This document shows positions 29,792-37,700 of a stretch of 64,000 bases of DNA, piece after piece. Below the pieces are notes generated by a model. That model worked only from the letters and a program-made list of their open reading frames with translations. It had not been told where the DNA came from and searched no databases. The stretch lies in assembly GCA_964505785.1 (NCBI GenBank), contig CAZDJZ010000011.1:5568-69567 (forward strand), given 5' to 3'. This DNA is from an uncultured Eubacteriales bacterium (GTDB lineage: Bacteria > Acidobacteriota > Aminicenantia > Aminicenantales > Aminicenantaceae). Position numbers and translations under genes: made by a program. The stretch's first letter is position 1, and every line of letters begins with the position of its first letter.

Positions 29792-30787
29792 ATGCAAAAA
29801 ATAAATTTAATTCTTATCGGGTTCGGTCAAGTCGTCGGAGCCTTTTTCGATCTGCTGAAGAAGAAGCACGCTTTTTGCCGGAGCCGCTACGGTCTTGATT
29901 TTCAAATCCGCGCTGTAATCCGGTCAAGAAAAACTGCGATTCTAACCGGCTTTCCCGTTTCGCTGAATGAAATTGTATGGAAAAACAATCTTGGCCTCGA
30001 GAGGTTTCTCAAAAGAAAAAAACCGGGCGCTGTGATTATGTGCCTTCCTTCCCGTGAAAAGGACGGTCAGCCGGGTGCGGCCATGAATCTGGAGGCGCTC
30101 GAGACAGGCTGGGATGTGGTCACAGCGGACAAAGCTCCACTGGTGATTGAAGGCCCGGGGCTTTTGGAAGCCGCCTCCCGGAATGCGAAACGAATAAAAA
30201 TCAGCGGGGCCGCGGGAGCCGCCCTTCCCGGCTTGGATACCGCACTGCACTCCCTCGCCGGCACCGAAATCTCGCTTATGGAAGGGATTTTAAACGGGAC
30301 AAGCAACTACATCTTAGCACGCATGCAGGCGGGTTTGGATTACTCTTCGGCCCTGAAGGAAGCCCAAAATAAAGGTATTGCTGAGCCGGATCCGTCTTTG
30401 GATGTTGAGGGCTGGGACACAGCAAAAAAAATGCTGCTGCTGACTAATGTGATCTTCCAAAAACATCTCCGGATGGAAGACATTCCGGTTCAGGGTATAA
30501 GCGATATGAATGAAAGCTGGATACAGAAAGCCCGCTCCGGCGGAAAAGTGATCAAACTTTTGGGCCGCCTTCGGCGGGATGCATTGAAATTTCAATTGGA
30601 TGTGGGCCCCCGGCTTCTTTCACCGGATCACCCTTTGGCTGGTGTGCATGGAGCGGATAAGGGAATCAGTTTCGATACAGACACAATGGGCCGCGTCACG
30701 GTTACGGGCGGCCGGTCAAATCCACAGGGCGCAGCTGCATCGCTGCTCAAGGATCTTATCGGCCTTTACTCCCAATCCATTTTTTGA
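29792..30787 (+). CDS. homoserine dehydrogenase family protein (no ACT domain)
   Basis: N-terminal Rossmann LILIGFGQVVG. GILNGTSNYIL and IAEPDPSLDVEGWDTAKK match the catalytic-domain motifs. Confidence 0.7.
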   Translation: MQKINLILIGFGQVVGAFFDLLKKKHAFCRSRYGLDFQIRAVIRSRKTAILTGFPVSLNEIVWKNNLGLERFLKRKKPGAVIMCLPSREKDGQPGAAMNLEALETGWDVVTADKAPLVIEGPGLLEAASRNAKRIKISGAAGAALPGLDTALHSLAGTEISLMEGILNGTSNYILARMQAGLDYSSALKEAQNKGIAEPDPSLDVEGWDTAKKMLLLTNVIFQKHLRMEDIPVQGISDMNESWIQKARSGGKVIKLLGRLRRDALKFQLDVGPRLLSPDHPLAGVHGADKGISFDTDTMGRVTVTGGRSNPQGAAASLLKDLIGLYSQSIF

Positions 30788-30808
30788 TAAATTAGGGACC
30801 CAGCATGC

Positions 30809-30899
30809 GGAGAGGTGTCCGAGTGGCTTAAGGAGCACGCTTGGAAAGCGTGTGTACGGTTTTCCCGTACCATGGGTTCGAATCCCATCCTCTCCGCCA
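30809..30899 (+). tRNA. tRNA-Ser (anticodon GGA), CCA encoded
   Basis: Folded by hand. 7-bp acceptor GGAGAGG/CCTCTCC, anticodon stem CACGC/GCGTG with loop TTGGAAA, long variable arm GTACGG/CCGTAC, and T-arm ATGGG-TTCGAAT-CCCAT. Confidence 0.95.
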
Positions 30900-31038
30900 C
30901 TTTTTTCTTAGTTCGAAAACGACCAGAAGGATCTCCACGCTGCATCGTTTTTAAACGCTTTTGACGCGAGCGCAGCGAGTTGCGCTTCTCGGAATGATAT
31001 ATGTATTCATTTTCGTGTGTTATGCAGCGGATAAAATA

Positions 31039-31707
31039 ATGTTCCCCCTGGAAATTAAAAATCTTACTGTCGAATATCAGGGCAAAACTGTCCTTTCAAA
31101 TTTTTCGCTGGAGGTCCGTAACGGTGAAAAAGTATCTCTGTCCGGACCTTCAGGCTCCGGTAAATCAACTCTGATGAATTGCATTATGGGATTCCTCCAG
31201 CCCAAAAAAGGAAGCATCCGGATCCACGGTGAGCTCCTGAACCAAACAAGCGTCTGGAGACTGCGTCGTCACCTTGGTTTTGTTCCGCAGGAACCACAGT
31301 TGGGAACCGGTTTTGTAGCTGAGCTGCTTGACAGGCCGTTTGCGTATCATTCCAACCGGGAACTAAAAGTCGATGAACAGCTGAAAAAAAAACTGTTTGA
31401 TATTTTCCAGATGGAACCGGCTATTCTCAAAAAAAGAATCCGTGCGCTGTCCGGGGGAGAAAAGCAGCGGGCAGCGCTTATTTCTTCTTTGCTTTTAAAA
31501 CGCTCCATTTATCTGCTGGATGAAATTACCTCCGCCCTGGATGATATAAACAGCAGCCGGGTCATCGATTATTTGGACAACAAGGAAGATTTGACAGTCC
31601 TCTTCTCATCCCATGATAAAAGAATTCTGCAATCTTCATCGCGGACAGTTGTCTTGAATTCGATCCCCCAAAAGGAAAAGCCCCCAAATGGAATCAACCG
31701 CAGTTGA
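31039..31707 (+). CDS. fetA: ABC transporter ATP-binding protein, FetA-like
   Basis: Walker A GPSGSGKST, signature LSGGEKQR and Walker B IYLLDEITSALD. The track start at 30961 (TTG) runs through repeat DNA, so the ATG at 31039 (MFPLEIKNL) is preferred. It overlaps the permease gene by 20 nt. Confidence 0.8.
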   Translation: MFPLEIKNLTVEYQGKTVLSNFSLEVRNGEKVSLSGPSGSGKSTLMNCIMGFLQPKKGSIRIHGELLNQTSVWRLRRHLGFVPQEPQLGTGFVAELLDRPFAYHSNRELKVDEQLKKKLFDIFQMEPAILKKRIRALSGGEKQRAALISSLLLKRSIYLLDEITSALDDINSSRVIDYLDNKEDLTVLFSSHDKRILQSSSRTVVLNSIPQKEKPPNGINRS

Positions 31708-32479
31708 TATCGGTTCAACCCAACTGCTCCTGGGATATATTCTGCTTATTATTCCCATTGCCGTCTTTCTTTTTTACCGTATCCGGGTATTAAAAGAATT
31801 TGCTGTTTCAACCCTGCGCATGACGATCCAGCTGCTGCTGGTGGGTTTTTACCTTCAGTTTGTCTTTGACCTCAATCTATGGTGGCTGAACATGCTGTGG
31901 CTGATCATCATGCTGGCGGTAGCGGATTTATCCCTTCTCTCTGCGAGCGGCGTCCATCTCCGCCGGTTTCTTCTGCCCGTTTTTGTTTCGCTTTCAGCCG
32001 GTACCAGCGTGCCCTTGATCTATTTTCTTGGAATAATCCTGCAGATACCAAATGTCCTTGATGCCCAGTATTTCATACCTGTCGCCGGAATGATTATGGG
32101 AAACAGCATGCGCGCCAATATTGTCGGAATGCGGTCATTTTACACATCTCTCCATACAGAAGAACCGGCATACCTGTATGCGCTTTCTCAAGGCGCCTCC
32201 TTAAAAGAAGCAATACTCCCTTATTTCAGAAACGCTTTCCAGGCCGCGGTCTCCCCCACCCTCGCAACCATGGCCACAGTCGGAATTGTTTCCCTTCCCG
32301 GAATGATGACAGGTATTATTTTAGGTGGAACAAACCCCATGGTCGCCATTAAATATCAAATCGCGATTATGATCGCTATTTTCACGGGAACGGCCATATC
32401 CGTTTTCCTGGGAATCCGGCTGACCATGAATCGAAGTTTCAATGCATTCGGTATCCTGGATAAATCAATTTTGCGTTGA
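31688..32479 (+). CDS. fetB: ABC transporter permease, FetB/YbbM (UPF0014) family
   Basis: VGIVSLPGMMTGIILGGTNPMVAIKYQIAIM closely matches my recollection of E. coli FetB (VGLVSLPGMMSGLIFAGIDPVKAIKYQIMV). Confidence 0.85.
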   Translation: MESTAVDIGSTQLLLGYILLIIPIAVFLFYRIRVLKEFAVSTLRMTIQLLLVGFYLQFVFDLNLWWLNMLWLIIMLAVADLSLLSASGVHLRRFLLPVFVSLSAGTSVPLIYFLGIILQIPNVLDAQYFIPVAGMIMGNSMRANIVGMRSFYTSLHTEEPAYLYALSQGASLKEAILPYFRNAFQAAVSPTLATMATVGIVSLPGMMTGIILGGTNPMVAIKYQIAIMIAIFTGTAISVFLGIRLTMNRSFNAFGILDKSILR

Positions 32480-32512
32480 TTTTTTCATTTCAAATACTTA
32501 CACTGTCGCTCT

Positions 32513-33850
32513 ATGTCAAAAACAAAAAGTGAACTGAGCTTAAAAAAAATATTCATTTTCTGGGCGCCGCTGGCCGCGACATGGATGATGATGGCCACGG
32601 AAGGACCGTTTTTAGCCGCTGTCATAGCCCGGCTGGCAGACCCGAAATTCAATCTGGCTGCCTACGGGGTGGCTTTTTCTCTTGCGGTTTTGATTGAATC
32701 TCCCGTCATTATGATCATGAGCGCGTCCACGGCTCTTGTTAAAAACCGGGATTCATATTTTAAACTCAGAAATTTTACTTTCATCCTAAACGGCGCCGTC
32801 ACCCTTGTCATGCTCTTCATCCTCATCCCCCCTGTCTTTGATGGAATCACTTTATCCGTCATGAAATTAAACCCGGAGGTGGCGGAATTAACCCAACGCG
32901 CCTGTATCCTTTTCATTCCCTGGCCCGCGGCCATTGGATACCGGCGTTTCTACCAGGGAATACTGGTCCGAAGCAATATGACCAGACGGGTGGCTTACGG
33001 CACGGTGATACGTCTCGGCACTATGGCGGTTTCCGCCCTTATATGCTATCTTTTCACTTCTATTCCCGGTGCTATGGTCGGGACTCTGGCCTTATCCGCC
33101 GGCGTGACCGCAGAAGCAGCAGCCAGCCGAATCATGGCGCATTCGGCTACCAAAAGAGTTCTCCTCTCCACCTCCAGCTCCGGCAGGGAATTGAATTACA
33201 GGTACATCGCCCGTTTTTATTATCCTTTGGCCCTGACTTCCATCTTAAGTTTGGGAATCCACCCGATGGTCACTTTTTTCATGGGGCAAAGCCGGATGCC
33301 TTTGGAATCCTTAGCGGTTCTTCCGGTCGTTAACTCATTGATTTTTGTTTTCCGCAGCCTTGGCCTTTCCTTTCAGGAGGTGAGCATTGCACTTCTTGGG
33401 GAAAACAAGGAGGGATACCCTTGCCTCAAAAAATTCGCCACCATCCTCGGAATCACAGCCAGCGGCGGCCTGGTACTTATCGGTTTTTCCCCCCTGGCCC
33501 TGGTTTGGTTTCATAACATCTCCGGACTAACCATGGAGCTGACCAAATTCTCCCTGGCCCCCGCCCGAATACTCAGCCTTCTTCCCGGTTTATCCGTCCT
33601 GCTCTCTTTTCAAAGATCGATCATGGTCAACCATGAAACCACGAAACATATAACTATCGCCACGGCGATCGAAATAATCTCTATATTTTCATTGCTGATG
33701 ATCTTTATCAGCGGATTTTACTTAATTGGGGCTATTGCGGCAGCTATTGCTCTTTCCTCCGGACGGCTTCTCGCCAATATATATTTGCTTTTCCCATGCG
33801 CCCGGGCACTGAAAAACCGCCCGTCTCCAGGTCTGACGGAGTCTATCTAA
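32513..33850 (+). CDS. 12-TM membrane protein, MATE/MOP-superfamily-like (uncharacterised)
   Basis: 445 aa, polytopic. The N-terminal pattern ...AAVIARLADPKFNLAAYGVAFSLAVLIESP is reminiscent of MOP transporters. The last ~7 codons (PGLTESI*) are encoded by the family-E repeat array. Confidence 0.5.
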   Translation: MSKTKSELSLKKIFIFWAPLAATWMMMATEGPFLAAVIARLADPKFNLAAYGVAFSLAVLIESPVIMIMSASTALVKNRDSYFKLRNFTFILNGAVTLVMLFILIPPVFDGITLSVMKLNPEVAELTQRACILFIPWPAAIGYRRFYQGILVRSNMTRRVAYGTVIRLGTMAVSALICYLFTSIPGAMVGTLALSAGVTAEAAASRIMAHSATKRVLLSTSSSGRELNYRYIARFYYPLALTSILSLGIHPMVTFFMGQSRMPLESLAVLPVVNSLIFVFRSLGLSFQEVSIALLGENKEGYPCLKKFATILGITASGGLVLIGFSPLALVWFHNISGLTMELTKFSLAPARILSLLPGLSVLLSFQRSIMVNHETTKHITIATAIEIISIFSLLMIFISGFYLIGAIAAAIALSSGRLLANIYLLFPCARALKNRPSPGLTESI

Positions 33851-33903
33851 GTCCATCTATGTCTGTCTAGGTCTACCTAAGTCTATTCTGTCTGTTCAGT
33901 CGG
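33831..33903 (+). repeat. family-E phased array: ~7 units of GTCTRYCTAR at 9-10-bp spacing
   Basis: The array reads gtctgacgga gtctatctaa gtccatctat gtctgtctag gtctacctaa gtctattctg tctgttcagt. It contains the stop codon of the 32513-33850 gene. Confidence 0.85.
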
Positions 33904-33918
33904 CTCGCTTCGTTCAGG

Positions 33919-33941
33919 ATGACAGCTTCGCTGTCATTTTT
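33919..33941 (+). terminator. candidate rho-independent terminator
   Basis: ATGACAG-cttcg-CTGTCAT followed by TTTT. It is embedded in a family-B fragment (cgcttcgttcaggatgac), downstream of 32513-33850. Confidence 0.5.
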
Positions 33942-34021
33942 CACTCTTTACTCTTCACCAATTCAATATTTATAAATGTATCTAAGTGCTTTTTTTTCAT
34001 AAGGTTAACAGGCCTCGCTTC

Positions 34022-34063
34022 AGATTTGAGATTTGAGATTTGAGTTTTGAGTTTTGAGATCAG
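34022..34063. repeat. 7-nt tandem tract (AGATTTG x3, AGTTTTG x2, AGATCAG)
   Basis: agatttgagatttgagatttgagttttgagttttgagatcag. Its last unit overlaps the thiF stop codon (34060-34062). Confidence 0.9.
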
Positions 34064-34905
34064 TCCGTAATCTCCGGCAGGCGCTGGACGGCTTTCTGGG
34101 GATCAAGCAGCAGTTCCACGGCCAGATTAGCCTGATGATGGGCAGCTATGCCGACCCTGGGTGCCATGAGTCCCATTCCCGGGCCGGCGGATGTATGCAG
34201 ATCTCCGACAACAAAAAGCCGGCTTCCCATTTGCCGTGTCAATATCCGGTTGGAATCTCCAATCCCGGCCACTCCTGAGGCAGCGATACAGTAGGCATCC
34301 GGCAGAAAATCATTGACCGCTTCCATCAACAGAATCTTAGCTTCAGGGTCATCTAAACACTCCACAATCACCTGGGCGCCTGAAAAAACTTTCTGAATGT
34401 TCCCTCTAACCAACTTTATTTTTTGGCCTTCAAATCGTGTTAAAGGAGTTATCTGTGCTATGATTTCCTTCATAGCATCCGTTTTGGCCCGGCCGATATG
34501 GCTGATGCTGTACTGCTGCCGGTTCAGGTTGGAGGGCTCAACCACATCAAAGTCCGCCCCTATTAATATTCCGATTCCCATACGGGCAAGGGCGATGGCA
34601 ACCGATGAACCCAGACCTCCAAGTCCGGCTATTCCCACAACCGCTTCTTTCATTTTCTTGTGGACACCGGGCGTGTGGCGTGCTGTCATTAAGGCCTCCA
34701 GTTCTCCGGCTTTTGGGGTTTCTCCCCGGCGAATCAGGACAACACAATCCCCTTCAGTCAACTCTTCGTGAGGATAACATGGAAATCCATTTTTTATGCA
34801 AACATCCGCATCCGGCTTAACCTGTTTCAGGATGTCACCTATCCTGGTACCGGAACGGACCTCTGCCGGGATTTCATTCACATGGATTTGAATTTTTTTT
34901 TTCAT
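34060..34905 (-). CDS. thiF: ThiF-type E1-like adenylyltransferase with fused N-terminal ThiS/ubiquitin-like domain
   Basis: An N-terminal ~75 aa beta-grasp-like segment (KIQIHVNEIPAEV...GDCVVLIRRGE), then GIAGLGGLGSSVAIALARMG...DFDVVEPSNLNRQ. Confidence 0.8.
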   Translation of the reverse strand: MKKKIQIHVNEIPAEVRSGTRIGDILKQVKPDADVCIKNGFPCYPHEELTEGDCVVLIRRGETPKAGELEALMTARHTPGVHKKMKEAVVGIAGLGGLGSSVAIALARMGIGILIGADFDVVEPSNLNRQQYSISHIGRAKTDAMKEIIAQITPLTRFEGQKIKLVRGNIQKVFSGAQVIVECLDDPEAKILLMEAVNDFLPDAYCIAASGVAGIGDSNRILTRQMGSRLFVVGDLHTSAGPGMGLMAPRVGIAAHHQANLAVELLLDPQKAVQRLPEITD

Positions 34906-35083
34906 TTACTCCTTCATCCTGCTTAGGAGTAAGAGTGAAGAGAAAAACCAATTTGTTACAGCGTATAATAGAAGCGGCAAACCTCACTCAATCCATTCAC
35001 CACTCACCATTCACCATTAACGTATTTAAGCGGTTTTCGGAGAAATTAAAATAAATAGCCGCAAAGAATACTTTCCAACCAGA

Positions 35084-35701
35084 TTATATAACGCGGACAA
35101 TGATCCATATAAAAAGAACGGCAGCCGCGGTTCCGGCATAAACCCAGCGGGATTTATGAGCCGTCACACTTTCGCCGGCCATGCCGATACGAAATCCTGC
35201 GGGAACCAGAAAGAGGGAAATAAATGCCGCGATGCTGCCGCTGAAAAAGATATGGTTGAGAACTTTAGTGATGCCGCCTTCCACCCAAAATTCATAACGA
35301 ATCACATAGGTAATGAGAATCGCGAACAAGGAATATCCGGCGTATGCTCCGGCTGCGCCGGTTAAAGCCGCGGGAACAATCCGGGAGGTCTTCTTTTTCA
35401 AAAGCAAACTGGCGAATATATCAAAGGCGACGCCAAGAGCGAAAATTCCCAAAAGATGACAAATAAAAGGAGCCGCGTTAATCAGCTTAAACAGGGCAGC
35501 GATGCCTCCGATGACCGTCGATGAACCGGGTTTGTTGACCAGCCCCCGTGCAATTGCCAGGATAAAAAGCGCCCATACGGAAAGAAATATTGATGAATGG
35601 GGAACATCCATGGCATACAGAGAACCACCGCCGGCAACCTCACTGATTCCCCAGAGGGAACCAAAAAACAGTATCCAAGCCCAATTTTTCATATTTTTCA
35701 T
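35084..35701 (-). CDS. integral membrane protein (5-6 TM), function unknown
   Basis: 205-aa hydrophobic ORF (WAWILFFGSLWGISEVAGGG...). No family recognised. Confidence 0.6.
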   Translation of the reverse strand: MKNMKNWAWILFFGSLWGISEVAGGGSLYAMDVPHSSIFLSVWALFILAIARGLVNKPGSSTVIGGIAALFKLINAAPFICHLLGIFALGVAFDIFASLLLKKKTSRIVPAALTGAAGAYAGYSLFAILITYVIRYEFWVEGGITKVLNHIFFSGSIAAFISLFLVPAGFRIGMAGESVTAHKSRWVYAGTAAAVLFIWIIVRVI

Positions 35702-35799
35702 AACGATCTCCTTTTTTTATCCTGAATTACCAGGCCGTTTTTTCACATTTACCCTTCTTTTATACCAAATAATTTTCCAAATTACAAAGTGAACCTTAA

Positions 35800-35891
35800 T
35801 GGCGGAGAGGGTGGGATTCGAACCCACGATTCTGCGCAAGCAGAATAGCGGTTTTCGAGACCGCCGCCTTAAACCACTCGGCCACCTCTCC
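35800..35891 (-). tRNA. tRNA-Ser (anticodon CGA), CCA encoded
   Basis: The reverse complement is GGAGAGGTGGCCGAGTGGTTTAAGGCGGCGGTCTCGAAAACCGC...GTGGGTTCGAATCCCACCCTCTCCGCCA. Anticodon stem GCGGT/ACCGC with loop CTCGAAA, and a long variable arm. Confidence 0.95.
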
Positions 35892-35898
35892 ACTCTGT

Positions 35899-36045
35899 GT
35901 CATCACGAAGCGGCGTAAGGATCTTATGCGGCCTCGCGGAGGAGAGACGGAACCGATTCCTTCGGCGAAGCCATCTAAGATCCCCACGGCCGCTAATGCG
36001 GCCTGGAGAAGACATGTATATGCTGCCGCAGGCCTCAGGATGACA
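35899..36045. repeat. family-B long-hairpin element
   Basis: gtcatcacgaagcggcgtaaggatcttatg ... catctaagatcc ... gcaggcctcaggatgac. It starts 8 nt from the tRNA-Ser 5' end. Confidence 0.7.
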
Positions 36046-36046
36046 G

Positions 36047-36070
36047 CAATCCAGCCCGTGAATAATCAGA
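36047..36070 (-). repeat. family-A repeat (partial)
   Basis: gcaatccagcccgtgaataatcag, directly fused to the family-B element. Confidence 0.6.
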
Positions 36071-36076
36071 TTCAAA

Positions 36077-36520
36077 TCAGCGTTTTTGTAAAAAAAAATC
36101 TTTCAAGAGTATACCGCATTCTGCGGCGAGAATTCCAGACCTAATTTCCGGAATATGATTAGTTTTTTCAAATGGAAAGCGGAAAACCGACTGGATACCG
36201 CCTCCTTTTGGGTCCGAAGCTCCGTAAATCAAACACTTGATTCGGGCATGAACCAGTGCTCCCGCACACATAATGCAAGGCTCAATAGTAACATATAAAT
36301 CACATCCCGTCAGGCGATGATTCCCTGTTTTCCGGCCGGCGGCACGCATGGCTCGTATTTCTGCATGCGCCGACGGATCATTTAAAGTGATATTTGAATT
36401 AAATCCGGCGCCGATTATGACTCCGTCATGCACAACAACCGCACCAATGGGCACTTCTCCCTGCTCCTTTGCCTTTACTGCTTCCGCCAGAGCGGCCCGC
36501 ATAAAATATTTATCGTGCAT
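36077..36520 (-). CDS. tadA: tRNA adenosine(34) deaminase
   Basis: HAEIRAM and PCIMCAGAL zinc-deaminase motifs. 147 aa. Confidence 0.95.
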   Translation of the reverse strand: MHDKYFMRAALAEAVKAKEQGEVPIGAVVVHDGVIIGAGFNSNITLNDPSAHAEIRAMRAAGRKTGNHRLTGCDLYVTIEPCIMCAGALVHARIKCLIYGASDPKGGGIQSVFRFPFEKTNHIPEIRSGILAAECGILLKDFFLQKR

Positions 36521-36640
36521 TGATTTTTATTCTACGCAGAATGCCCCCTTCAGGCAAATGCTTTAAAGTCAGAGTGAAAGAGAAACGAAGCAGTACAAGA
36601 CCTTTACGCCGCTGCGTTCCTCAGAATGACGGTTTTGCTG

Positions 36641-36674
36641 TCACTTTTCACTTTTCACTTTTCACTTTTCACTT
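36641..36674. repeat. 7-nt tandem tract (TCACTTT x ~5)
   Basis: tcacttttcacttttcacttttcacttttcactt, preceded by the family-B right arm cctcagaatgac. Confidence 0.9.
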
Positions 36675-36722
36675 AAAGATGTGTTACCATGAGTAAAGTC
36701 AAAATTCAGGAAGGAGGTTATC

Positions 36723-37700
36723 ATGTCCAATGATTTTCCCAGTATGGACCTGAAATTGCCGAAAATTAAACCGAAATATATCAAAATCGGAATTGCGGTT
36801 GTCATTATCGCGGTATTTCTCTTCGGGTCCATCTATCAAATCGAACCTGAAGAAGCAGGTATTATTCTCAGGCTAGGAAAATTCGTCCGCACGACGGAAC
36901 CGGGTCTTCATTTCAAGCTCCCACTTGGAATTGAGAAATTAATTAAGGTTCCTGTGCAGCGTCAGTTGAAGATGGAGTTCGGCTTCCGCACCACCAGCCC
37001 GGGAATCAGCTCTGAATTTCAAGTTACGCAGGATTCCCGCAGGGAAGCGATAATATTGACCGGGGACCTGAACGTCGCAGTAGCGGAATGGATTGTACAA
37101 TACAGAATCATTGACCCCTATGAGTACCTGTTTAAAGTTCGGGATATCAACAGCACTTTCCGTTATATGAACGAAGCGGTTGTGCGGCAGATTGTGGGTG
37201 ATCACTCCGTGGATGAGGTTATCACAATCGGCCGGGCGAAAATCGCCTTGGAATCCAAAGAACTGCTGCAGGAGCTTTGTAATGAATACGAAACCGGCAT
37301 CCAGGTTAATCAGCTGATCTTCCAGGATGTCAATCCTCCCGATCCGGTAAAGCCCTCTTTTAACGAAGTCAATGAATCCCTGCAGGAAAAAGAACGTAAA
37401 ATCAACGAAGCCTGGTCGGAATACAACCAGGCCGTCCCTAAAGCCCGGGGTGAAGCCGAACAGACTGTTCAAGCCGCAGAAGGATACGCTACCGCCAGAG
37501 TTAACAACGCAGAAGGTGACGCACAGAGATTCAAATCGATTTACCAGGAATACCGGCGGGCTCCGCTTGTAACACGGAAACGGCTTTATCTGGAAGCATT
37601 AAATGAAATTCTCCCTAAAATCCAAAAGAAGATTATTTTTGATGAGAGCCAGAAAAATATCATGCCGCTTCTCAATCTGGGCGAGGAGGTGAAAAAATGA
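36723..37700 (+). CDS. hflK: FtsH protease modulator HflK
   Basis: SPFH/band-7 domain with an N-terminal TM. ATGA overlap with hflC. Confidence 0.92.
   Translation: MSNDFPSMDLKLPKIKPKYIKIGIAVVIIAVFLFGSIYQIEPEEAGIILRLGKFVRTTEPGLHFKLPLGIEKLIKVPVQRQLKMEFGFRTTSPGISSEFQVTQDSRREAIILTGDLNVAVAEWIVQYRIIDPYEYLFKVRDINSTFRYMNEAVVRQIVGDHSVDEVITIGRAKIALESKELLQELCNEYETGIQVNQLIFQDVNPPDPVKPSFNEVNESLQEKERKINEAWSEYNQAVPKARGEAEQTVQAAEGYATARVNNAEGDAQRFKSIYQEYRRAPLVTRKRLYLEALNEILPKIQKKIIFDESQKNIMPLLNLGEEVKK

Noticed and set aside
33831-34063. Tandem repeats as a possible CRISPR array
   Set aside because: The units are only 7-10 nt and directly abut each other with no unique spacers. No cas genes are in the window.
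34906-35083. TPP riboswitch near thiF and thiE (also 45587-45749 and 35702-35799)
   Set aside because: No CUGAGA...ACCUGAUCUGGAUAAUGCCAGCG-like core is visible on either strand. These spacers consist of repeat modules. An Rfam RF00059 scan should confirm this.
35796-36144. Track ORFs overlapping tRNAs or repeats: 35796-35987, 35869-36075, 35926-36144, 30600-30911, 51484-51678, 5459-5662, 60221-60448 and 60460-60912
   Set aside because: They run through tRNA genes or family A/B/E repeat DNA, or are antisense to the sulfatase-like gene. They lack an RBS and any recognisable domain.
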